DNA of 64,000 bases from Cirrosporium novae-zelandiae (Eukaryota). The notes under the pieces were generated by a model, which was not told the origin of the DNA, searched no databases, and saw only the letters and a list, made by a program, of their open reading frames with translations. The translations under genes were made by a program, and so were the position numbers. The stretch is from the NCBI GenBank assembly GCA_026023565.1, contig JAPETS010000005.1, positions 1 to 64,000 of the forward strand, read 5' to 3'. Shown piece after piece: positions 25,668-37,060 of this stretch (positions are counted from its first letter, which is position 1; the number at the start of each line of letters is the position of its first letter).

Positions 25668-27222
25668 CTGGATAGTAGTAATATTTGTTTTAATACGGAG
25701 GTGGACATGTACATCTGCATCCTTTTTCTTTTCCTCGTGTGAATCGTGACATTACTTTCTGGGCGGCGATACACAAGGACGATGAGCTAGTTTCGGAGTT
25801 TCTTGTGGGGGTTTTCTCTTTATGGCCATCTCGCCATGACTGCTCAGATTCTTCTCTCTTCGGCTCCCAGGGCATACGGTGAGGATTAAAGACTATTGTC
25901 TTACGGCCTTTCTTTTTTCTGTTTTTCACCAAAAAGAAGTGGATTTCTGCTTATTTTCTTCTTCGACCCTTTCCCAAACTTGAAAGTCAGAGAAAAGGAC
26001 ATGTGTATCATAGAATAGCTAAGTTGAATCGAATTTGCTATGAAGACAAATTAATAGCTTTGGGATAATTAGCAGATATTACCTATGAATAGTTCAGCAG
26101 ATGATTGTAGTCATTCTTAGTGACGTGTTCAAAATTGGAAATTCTTGTTTGTTCATAATTCGATCTTTAAAGCAGTGAGACGACTTCGCTTACCCACTTG
26201 GTCGCTCACCCTTGAGACATGAGAGCATGGTGTGGCTTTGGTACTGAAGGCAGGTTAGGTGGACTACTATGTATAAACTTCCAAGGTTGTCATTATCCAT
26301 GGAGAAGTACTTGTATGTACTGTACATAGTAGTACTATCGGACTGAAACGGAAGAAAAGTCGGGGGGAAGGTGAATGTTTTAGGTTTCTCAAACCCCCAG
26401 TAAGGTCACATTATTTCCTAACTTCCACGGAACGATGTAGCCTTACGATGCTTAGTGGTGGAGTTGTTTGTTCAAGATATTACCTAGGTAGTCAGTCCGA
26501 GACGTCCCGAGACTCCGAGGCTCCGATGCTCCGAGCGTTGTCCTGTCAAGCCTGTCAAGCCTGTCAAAGGCTTGACTTTCTTTCTCCTCCTTCGCCTCGA
26601 GTACACACACACAGACACAGTACAAGGGGGCATCGGGGAAGAGGGGGGGGAGTGTCGAAGATGAACTTCTCCAGGGTCCATTGCCGCTAACCTTCCACGT
26701 TTTCCTTAGCCCCGAAGCTGTTGTGTTTTGCATTTACTTTCACCTCCAAAAAGGCTGGAGCTCTGAGGTCATTTCTGTGGATATTAATGAACATCACAAC
26801 TCTGTATTGTGGAACACTGATCTCTACTTTGCCTATTAAATGTTCTCTGGTGCCTTTCTCTCTCTCGTTTGGAACGCTCTTCTGACATGTTCCAAACTTG
26901 GCTGAATTTAATAGTTCAAACAGAAGCGAGGTGAGATACGAGTATCTATCTAGAGCTTGTTCGAGCTGGCCAGAAAGGCTAAACTTAATGTTATAGGCGA
27001 CGACCGATGGTTTGTTAATTCAACAACTGATCGCAATGCAAAAAGGCCCCAAAGTGGCGATATCTATCCTTTCTCTTAGTCCTGAATTCATCGATTTCAG
27101 ACTTGAAATTTGACATTACATCGCTCTTTGCCTCAACCAAGACATATTATCAGCCTCCATCTACCAAACAAGTATTTACGGCAGCTTCTCTTCCACCGTC
27201 ATCACTCATTCGGCACATCAAC

Positions 27223-27750
27223 ATGTCTTCCAACTCCTATTTCGCCCCCATCAACGAGCGACGGCCCAGCTCCAGCAGTTCTAGTGACCGCAGTGACAAC
27301 GAGCACAATACCCCTCGTGGTGCTTGGACTCCTTTCGGCAACAACACCACTCCACACTACCGTCCTAAAGTAAACCGAATTCACACGTTTACAATTGGTG
27401 AGAGGACATGGGGAGGAGAGGAATCCTCTCACTTGCATGAACATGAAGAGAAGCCAAGTGAACCTGGCACCCCAGGACCCAACATTCGGGGTCGTTGTGA
27501 GGGCGGGTGCACATCAAGAGGGGGATGGTGTCCCTTCAATCATGACGAGAATGACCTCCGTCACGCCCATGATGCAAATATTCACCGGCGACAGGTTTAT
27601 GATAGCAGACCATTTGTCAACCGATTCCGGTCAACTTCTCAACTGGGTGCTGAGCCTGGCGTTGACCCTATCCGACTAGGAAGACTTCTCGAGAGAGTAG
27701 AGGACAAACATCCGGATGGCAATTCTCAGAAGGAACATTACCATTCGTGA
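27223..27750 (+). CDS. Hypothetical 175-aa protein with a C-x3-C-x6-C-x3-H motif
   Basis: ATG in good context (aacATG), coding-like codon use, followed by a UTR-like region. No family recognised. Confidence 0.55.
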   Translation: MSSNSYFAPINERRPSSSSSSDRSDNEHNTPRGAWTPFGNNTTPHYRPKVNRIHTFTIGERTWGGEESSHLHEHEEKPSEPGTPGPNIRGRCEGGCTSRGGWCPFNHDENDLRHAHDANIHRRQVYDSRPFVNRFRSTSQLGAEPGVDPIRLGRLLERVEDKHPDGNSQKEHYHS

Positions 27751-29292
27751 GTGAGAATATGGGTAAATGAGAAGAAAGCGTAGTATATAGACGGACCCGG
27801 TATTTGGCGTTTTGACAGGGATTCATTTTTTATTATTACGGCCGACAACTTTTTATAAGACATGGGTTGGATGGGTTTCAGGAATTTATAGGTAGTTGAT
27901 GGATGTTGAAATCTGTAGTTCCATCGAAGATCCTACTGCATCTGTAATAGATTTAATATGTGATGGACGGGGGGGAATCAAGGGAGAGATGAAACTACGT
28001 GTTGGGGGGAGATTTGATTTAGCTTAACTTATTGGATGGAGATTACTAAATCTCTGTTAGGAGGGGGAACGAATCAAAGTTGATAGACTATAAACCAAAC
28101 AGGCCTTTTTATCCACTTTATTCGCTCGTTTGCCCTATATCGAACTAATCTTTTTCTTTTTCTTTTTTTTTTCCACACTTTTTTTTTACCTTTAAAGGGA
28201 TTACTGATTCCGGGCAAGAAGACGACTGAGGGAATACTTTCGACAGCCACGAAAAGAAACAAGCCAATGGCAGGTGTTTTTTTTTTCTCTCTATCTTTAA
28301 GTCTTGATGGGGTGTAGCAGCCATGGAAGGATTATATCCACATGGCGAGGTGGGCGAGGTGGTTTGTGCGGGTTGACCATCACTGTTACCTTTGTAACGG
28401 TAAAAGTAAAAATGTTTACTTAGTACCTACTCGAGTACTCTTGCCCTGGGACCTGCATTTCACTATGGAACCGTCGAAGCCACAACTGCAAATGGATGTT
28501 AATGGCCGCAACAACTACTGCACCGATTTCCGTGCTACTGCCGCACTTAAAGAAGACTGCCAACTTGGAATACTCTTCCGTCCCTTCCAACAAATCTTTT
28601 GTCAGCCACCGTCCGAGTGTAACGACTACTTTATGGTCTGACTAGGTCTGATGCATCATGTTACAAACATCAATTCCTCTCCTGCCCGGAAGAGGGTTAA
28701 AACCCGGCTCACGGTTTTGACATGAATCTATCTCATCCTCCACAATTAGGCACCATACTACACACACTATTGATGTGCAGCAACAGCCATAACAACCATA
28801 TCCATGCTTCGATAATCTGCTCCTTCCCTTCTAGGTCCTTGTCTCTGTTTGTCGCTTCTCTTTTCCCACCCTCGTCTAGAAGAAAGTGGGATGGATGGTT
28901 GGAGATTTCATCCCATAGTCCCCTTATGCTCCCTATGGTCGTCTTCTGGTCAACCCTGACCTCCATGTGTCGATACTCCTTGCTGAATGACATTTCTAAG
29001 AGAATTATATCCCGTTTCTTAGCGGCACACGGTATCCCCCACATCCTGCAGCTTCTGTCTGTTCCCTACTTTATGGACTTCTACTTCAACCCGGCTCTCC
29101 CTATCGTCTTCTGTTATGAAGATCAATTTCCTCTTCCATAAATTCTTCATCTTCTTCTACCCCGCAATGCTAAGAAGAACCTTTCATGATTTACTATTAT
29201 TTGTAACCGACTTTGCTATCACCTAGAACTCAATCACTCTTTTGAAACTGGTACACTATCACAGTGCTACACATCTGCTCTTCAGCCTCATC

Positions 29293-30644
29293 ATGACCGC
29301 CTTCATTCAGCTTGCTTTGGCTGAGCGTCAGTTTGTCGGTGAGTTTGAGCATCAGTTCAATCTTAATACTTCAACCGCAACGGTGAGTTCCCGATATGCA
29401 TCGTCTACCCCCATATACACTCTACTAATCCCTAGGTTTAACTGCAGACTACCAGTAATGAGTCTCGGGTCCCTCAAATTCTTGCAGGAAACCTCATACC
29501 AGAGATCTTTGGGACAATATTTGTCATGATTCGTTTCTATTCTCGGGGCGTTCTGCTGAGGAGTTGGGGTAGAGATGACTCCATGTGCTTAATATCATGG
29601 CTCTGCTCCCTCGCCAATATTATTCTCATTTGCACCGAAACGAGGTATGGCCTCGGAAAGCATATCGCTTATGTCCCGGAAAGTGATCAAGGGCCTGCGA
29701 GCCAATGTTCATTCGGCACTCTTATTGTCTATCAATTAGCTCTGGGTTTTGCGAAGCTTAGCTTATGTTTCTTCAACATGCGTATATTTACCGACCGGAA
29801 AAGTAGAATGACCATGTGGGGAACTATTGGGTTTATTATCATGTTCAACCTTGCTGGTCAAATTGTCAGTATTTTCCAGTGCAATCCTGTTTCAGGGGCC
29901 TGGGACTCGTCGATCAAGTCAACCTGCATCAACACCATCCCTTGCTTCTATGCCATGTCAATTTGCAACATCATAGCGGACGTCTGGTTGATTGCTTTTA
30001 TTGTCCCACGGGTGTGGAAATTGAAAATGGGACGCAGGCAACGGAATGCGATTTTATTTATTGCTTCAATTGGGTGGATGTAAGTACCCCCCTCCCTCCC
30101 AGGCCATTAGATACTATTACTAAATCATTTTTTGACCAGTGTCATTGCAGCGGCTATCTTGAGAGTTGTACGAATAACAAGTATTCTTCATGATTCCGAT
30201 ACCACTTGGGCTGCATACGATTCATCTATCTGGTCTGCCGTCGAAGTTGGAGCCAGCCTTTTCTGTATTTCGTCGCCAGCAATCAAGCCATTTGTCAAGC
30301 AATTATTCCCTGGTCTTTTATCTACTTACGGACGCGGGACTTCTGGGGGTCGGACTGGATACAATCGTTATGGAAACCTGAGTCATGGGACGGTACAGAA
30401 TGGGCAATACGAACTATCCTCTCGAAAAGGCAAGAACGTAACGACGACGACAACAACAACGTCTAAGATATGGAGAGGTAGGGATGGGAACGATAGTGAT
30501 GAGGATATGTTAACGCCTAATAATAATAATGGTAATATTGTCAAAAATGTTCGGGTTGAGGTCAAGGAGGAGGAAATTGGGAGCAGTGCGGCAAGGAGCA
30601 TTGATACTGCGGAGGGAACGACAAAAATGGCCAGCGGATTGTGA
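29293..30644 (+). CDS. PTH11-like (fungal rhodopsin-domain) integral membrane protein / GPCR-like, no CFEM (3 exons)
   Basis: IRFYSR..WGRDD, YGLGKH, AKLSL, IFQCNPV..W, NI.AD..L..P.VWKL, WSAVE...CIS.PAIKP. Introns 29383-29447 and 30080-30139. Confidence 0.9.
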
Positions 30645-32161
30645 TGAGTCGATCCGGTCACTGATTTTCTTGGGAACACTCATTTAACTATTTCTTTCTT
30701 TGCTTGTCTTATACTTTTATATTCTTGGACATTTACCATATGCGATGCATAACGAGATGGGTGGATAGGAGGTTTTTGTTTTTTTACGCTATTCAAAATA
30801 TCTAGCTTTTTTTTGTGATTGAGTGTTATGTAAATAGTTATTTCATTGTGTACTTAGAATTGATCTCTGGCCACGGTGCGATCATGATGGTCAGCCGGCG
30901 GATGTCAAGAAAGACCATAACGACGGAATTAAAGTAGGTGGTGGAAGAAAATCCGACCCTCTTTCGTCGTCCACTCGTTTCGCTGACTGGCCATAGCGCA
31001 TTGGATCGCTGATCTTTTGGGTATATCAAAGCCTAACAGTATTTAGCCATGCGTAGATCGAAAAGTAAATCCAAACAACATAAAACTAAAAAATGGAGTA
31101 CGTACATCTTTTTTTTTCTATACTATACTACTTACCAGTTTGGGTTAAAAAAAAGGAAGGAGCGAAATGAAAGGTTAACATGGTATGATATTTGTTCGAC
31201 TAGAAAGATGCTAAATGAGGTTCTGGACCGTTGGAATATGGGAAGTTGGGATGTGAGGAAGTAAAGAGGAGCCGAATCAGGGAATGGCCGAAGAAAGGGC
31301 AATTGAAGAAGGAACCGGATAAGGAAGGCAGGGGAGCGAAGGAACATGGGCGTGCCTGGCATGTCTGGTGTACCTGGCGTGCCTGGTATCAGTGGTGTGT
31401 CTGGGTAATTAATTAGAGCTTTCCATCAAGTCCGGGTTAGTAAATAATCTCCCCACGTGATTTTGTTTAATTATCCCTTTATGAATTAACCATTTCTGGT
31501 CAAGTGCTTCAAGTGCATAAATGGTACGTATGCCGTATACACAGGAAATGACTGAAAAGTTCTCTTAAACGAGCATCCTCGTCCGTCCCTAAGTAATCTG
31601 ACTTTGACATCCCCCCCCGTGCATGGGATATCCATGAAACAAAGTCTGGAACTATCGATTCTTGGGTTCTTGACAGCTGGTATACGCAATATCGCTTTAC
31701 TGAAAATGAACCGAGAAGGAAAGAAAGAGAAGGCCAAGGAGAGAGAAGGAATGCTCCTACAGATGGTCATGAAGATGACAAGAAAAATGTATCCACTCGT
31801 CTTTGACTAGTAGCATCACTGAACTACCGTTCGCTCATCGTTTATCCAACATTCGATCAGGCGCCGAGAAATTTGTATTGCCCTATGCCGGAGGAGACAC
31901 CTTCTTTCCGGCTTCGATGCTTCCATTCTAGTCATCTCCTTCCTGGCATCTACCGACCCCATGAGGCCCCCCCCTCCGATCAACTTTCATATCAAATATA
32001 TAGCCATGACTTTCCCCTCTTTTATTCTTTCTTCGCCAGTCAAGTCCAGTCTCCCAGACTCGACCGATCAGTCTCACGCATTCTTTGCATCTTAATTTTT
32101 TTTATTACCTTCTAATTAATCTAACTCTAGTCACTCTTTTATACCAGAGTTCTCGTCAAAC

Positions 32162-34655
32162 ATGTATATCACTCCTTCTTTCGTTACTATAATCTTAAAT
32201 CTTCTTACTTCATCAAAAATCCCAACCTCAATTGAAAATCCTGGGAATGCAGCAGCAGGAAATCCTAATCCTATTAAAGGTCATACCACAACCACTACAA
32301 CTACAGGCTATGCTACGGCGACAACTACCACTGCCGTCACATCTTCAGCGGCGGCAACAGCAAGTGAGTGGATACATTTCCTGTATAAACACAATCGCGC
32401 ACTAATCATCTTCAGATGCTGTTGGTGACTGGGCTGCATCTTATGCCAAGGCAAAAGCCTTTGTGTCCGAGTTGACAAACGAAGAGAAGCTAGAGCTGAT
32501 TACTGGCTCCGATATCAATTCGTCATCGGTATCTTGGGATGCGCTCGAAATGAAAGATGGTTCTCAAGGTGTTCAATTCTATTCCTATGTGTCTGGTTTC
32601 GCCCAGTCTAGCGCTTTAGCCATGACCTGGGACAGAGACTTGATATATCAAGGCTTGAACGCCGTTGGCTGGGAATTCTACTTGAAGGGATTTCAGCTTG
32701 TCAATGGGCCAACCAGTCAAGCTCTTGGTCGAACTCCATGGGGAGGTCGTCTTGTAGAAACTCTAAGCCCAGACCCATATCTTAATGGCATTGCTTTTGG
32801 AACCGGTGTCAAGGCGTTTACCGATGCCGGAGTTATCCCGGGTGGCAAGGCAAGTGCAAAGTTTCTGTTTTCGTCTGTGAGGGGGAACAAGCCACTAATT
32901 TATTGTAATCTCCAGCATTTTCTTCTGAATGAACAGGAAACCAACCGCACCACCGATCTTGTAACCACGTGCACGGAAGTCTATTCAAGCAATGCGGACG
33001 ACAAAGCTGTACACGAGGCATATCTCTGGCCATTCTATGACGGCGTCAAAGCTGGATTAGGTGCGGTCATGTGCGCCATGAACAAAGTCAATGGAACCTG
33101 GGCTTGCGAAAATGACCATATTTTGAACGATCTCCTGAAGGACGAATTAGGTTTCCCAGGGATGGTATACGCCGATTACAATGCCCAACATTCCGGACTG
33201 GAAGCAGCTATCAACGGATTGGATTATGGCGATTCTGATTACTGGAATGATACATCGATTATTGATGCAATTACTGAGGGCACTTTCACTGAGGAACGCC
33301 TCACCGACATGGCCATCCGAAATGTTATCGGCTACTATTATGTCGGTTTAGATGATGGCCAGCAACCCGATTTGGTGGAAGAAACTGATTTCAGAGATGT
33401 TCGTGCCAACCATAGCGACATTATTCGCGAGATTGGTGGTGCATCAATGATTCTGTTAAAAAATAAGAATTCGGCTCTTCCTCTTCAAAGGCCTCACCAG
33501 ATGAGCGTTTTCGGCGCCCACGCCGGTCCTGTCATGGGCGGTCCCAACCAAGCTTTCACTCTCCTCGGCTCTGGGCCCACTTACCAAGGTCATCTTGCTA
33601 CTGGCTCTGGTTCCGCTGAAGCTTCCCTTCCATACCTTATTACCCCTCAACAGGCCCTCGTCACCCGTGCCATGTCAAACGGTACTATGATCCGCTGGAT
33701 CCTCAATGATACTTATACCCCTGAAACCTTCTCTAACGCGGCCATCCTCTACATGCAATCCGGAACTGGTGTTAACCCCTCCATTCCCAATTACGCTGTA
33801 GACAGTGATGTCTGCCTCGTTTTTCTCAATGCTCTTGCTGGCGAAGGTGCCGACCGAACCGAGCTCTACAACCAAGACCAGGATACTCTCGTCAATACCG
33901 TCGCGTCCAACTGCAATAATACCATCGTCATTATCAACACTGTCGGTGCTCGTCTCGTCGACCAATGGATTGAAAATGACAACGTCACCGCCGTGCTGTA
34001 CTCATCTCTCCTTGGCCAAGAATCGGGTAATTCCATCGTCGATGTCCTTTACGGTGACGTTAACCCCTCTGGCCGTCTCACCTACACCATTGCCAAGAAC
34101 GAATCAGACTATAACGTCACCCCCTGTCTAACTGTGGAATGCGAGTTCACCGAAGGCGTCTACGTCGACTACCGCTACTTCGACAAGAATGACATCACCC
34201 CACGCTACCACTTTGGCTATGGATTGTCTTACACCTCCTTCAAATACTCAGACCTCACCCTCAAAATCACCAACTCCACAAACTTGAAGAATACCTATGC
34301 TATTGGATCTGTTGCTGTTGGCGGCCGCCTTGATCTTTGGGATGATGTCATCACCCTTACCGTCAAGGTCAGCAATGCTGGAGTTTATGCCGGCCACGAG
34401 GTTGCTCAGTTGTATGTCGCCTACCCTGAGGATGCTGATCAACCGGTCCGCCAGCTCCGAGGCTTTGAGCGTGTGTACATTGAAGAGGGCTCCAGTGAGA
34501 CTGTCACCTTCACGCTCCGACGACGCGACATCAGTATCTGGGATGTCGAAGTGCAGGAATGGAAGGTGGTGCCTGGAAAGTATACGTTCTACGTGGGCGC
34601 CAGCGCAGGTGACTTGAGGATTTGGGGTACTTTGACTGTTGGGAGTTCGTCGTAG
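32162..34655 (+). CDS. Glycoside hydrolase family 3 beta-glucosidase (BglD/BglL-like; 3 exons)
   Basis: W..SYAKAKAFV.ELTNEEK, GRTPWGGR..E..SPDPYL, K|HF, VMCAMNKVNG, LGFPGMVYAD, GEGADR, GQESGN, PSGRL.YT, VDYRYFD, FGYGLSYT, Fn3-like QLRGF. Introns 32364-32415 and GC-AG 32850-32915. Confidence 0.93.
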
Positions 34656-35309
34656 TTTTTACGTATGAAGATAGAAGGCAAAGGTTACGAAAAAGGATAA
34701 TGCATGTACTACTGCCATACGTCGTCAATACGTACTTATATAATTTAGCTAGATAAGATGTGAAATATAACAAGGACGTTTGCACTTGCATTTTGTTTTT
34801 ATTTCTTGATCAAAGGATCAAGGCCACGGGTATTGTGATTGTAGTGAATAGAGTATTCTAAAGTATTATTTATTACTCAACTTGGAAAGGGATGCGTGTC
34901 CTAATTAAATTCCCGAGATAGTGCCGGCAACAGTAAGTGACAACGCCCCGCATGTACCCCCAAGTTAGTGCTTATATAGATAGTCTATATACTCAAGTAC
35001 TGTACATATACTTGGTAATTAGATGTCTATTTATTATACTTTAACTAAACCGCTTCCTTATTACTCGTTGATTCAAAAAAAGATTTTCATGAACGGTTCT
35101 ATCATTCAACGACCATATACGTAGTGTCTTGGCTTTACTTGGCTTGGAGAGAAGACAACCTTCTAAAAACCTTAGAGGGAAAAGCTGGATTGTCTTTTTC
35201 AGCCTGTCTGATCATCTCGGGTCCTGGAAAGGCTATCTAGCTACTCGTTATGATTTACTGATATTTTGACCATGGTTTCATTCTCCATTCTTTCATTCGG
35301 AGGAGATGA

Positions 35310-36560
35310 CATCAGTGCCCCCGTGTACTAGCGTCCGGGTAACCTTCCGCCCATTTCGCAGCTGTACCCGCTGTGAGTGGTGTCCTGCGGCTGGGCAAGA
35401 TATTTGGGCGTCCAGGAGTACGGGAATGGCAGATCCCGGGGGCCGTGCATGCCGGCGATCCGAGGGGCCGTGAGCGGAAGATCTCCATGATTCCGTCTTC
35501 GTATGTCTAGCCGGTGTGTCAGCCGAAGTTAGGGGGGGAATTCTCGGACATAGTGGGCATCGTTGGTGGTGGTCCCGTAGTCGTAGGACATACCCGCCAA
35601 CGTCGGAGTGGGGGAGTCGGTCGAATGTGAGGCGGAGTTGGTACTAGCGATGGTGGTCGACGGATTCTTGGTGCTTGAGGGCGTTTACCATCTCTTCAAA
35701 ATCAATAACGTGGGCTGCTGTGACAATTTTGGCTTGGCGTGCCAGTTTTACTTCCTGGTAGGTTCAGATCCTCGACAGGCTACAAGAGAGGAGTGCGGCT
35801 GCGTCTAGCGGGTTTCCAGAGCCGATCTGTAGGATTTGGCTTTTTAGGGTGATGATGGCGTTTGTATTTCGGTAGACGCCGTGAAGGCTGTTGATGATAT
35901 GTGTTTTGAGTTCTTTTAGTCTGTTAGAGGCTGTCATCTCATCTGAGCTCTTTGGGATGGCAAGAAGATCAAACTAAGGTCACTATGCGCCGGTCTTGAA
36001 CGCGGCATCCATGACGCGGGGGAAATGATATATGTTAAACCTCTTACTGTCTTACTTTATTTTCTCGTTATTATACTCTAGCCCCACGGTCTCGGCCCAA
36101 ACGTGTGAAACGGCGGCATATCTCTTATCTCTAGGATCTAGAACTGGCCCCATTTGTTCACACAAGGCGCCTTTACCTCCAACGCAGCCCTCCTCATTGT
36201 ACCTTCTAACTTGATCTAACATCTCGAACCTATTGAAAGGGATAGAGACTCTGGCCCAGGTGGATAGAGCTTTCTATCATCTAGTGGTGGTTGCAGGGCT
36301 ACCTTGAAGCCGAAAACATGAGGTTTTTTGACTGACCGTCGTGGGCAAGGATCGCCGTGAGGACGTGCGCATCCAGGTTCACTTGTTCGAGGGGTTGAGG
36401 ACCCTGATGATGAAGAGCTGGGCCAACGAGGCGGTGTCCGCTAGGAAGGCGAGGTTGCTGTGTGCGGAGTATATGGTGAGGGGGGGTACGCGCATGTTGT
36501 GCTGCTCGCGGTTGAGAAGGCTGGGAGGGGGGGTGAATACGCTGATTGTAATGATTTATG
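35310..36560 (-). pseudogene. HET-domain (heterokaryon incompatibility, PF06985-type) pseudogene
   Basis: One frame from 36120: YAAVSHVWAETVGL..K*D..GA**P*FDLLAIP..IINSLHGVYRNTNAII..LSRI*TYQEVKLA. All three HET blocks are present, with stops at 36054, 35985, 35982, 35976, 35766 and 35646. Outer limits approximate. Confidence 0.8.
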
Positions 36561-37060
36561 AATATTGACAAATGTAACATCTATCTAATCTAGGAATTTA
36601 GTGTATGTATTACTGCAGAATGAAATGAATTTCATTGTTTATTTATTTTCATTATTATTATGACTATTCCCCCCCCCCCCCCCGACCTTTCTTTGTGCAT
36701 GCCTGCTGCGCGATATATAACAATCCCCTCCCTGCCTTTACTTGCTATAATTAATGAGTAGATGGAAAGATGGATAGATAGGCTAGGGCTTAGGGCAAGT
36801 TCATCAACTTATCGCATCGCTCAAATTTTACTTTATTTGTATATAGCCAACGAAAAAAATAATTTCAGTCCAAAAAATGAAAGAACAAGTAAGAATTTTG
36901 ATCGTTTAACGCGTTATAAACTACTAGAACGCCATTGAAACAAATGTCCTCTCTGCCAACGGACTGACCGATTCGATATCCCTAAGAACAAACAAAACCC
37001 GAAATATTTTTTATCTTTATTTCCATCAAATCGGGAAGAAGAAAGCTTCATCCCAATGTC

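Noticed and set aside
28342..29141. ORFs upstream of the PTH11-like gene
   Set aside because: Pyrimidine-rich promoter/5' UTR with no protein-like features. uORF function is untestable here.
35646..36054. HET stops rescued by A-to-I editing or readthrough
   Set aside because: Six or more stops of all three types, some adjacent. Pseudogenisation is far simpler.
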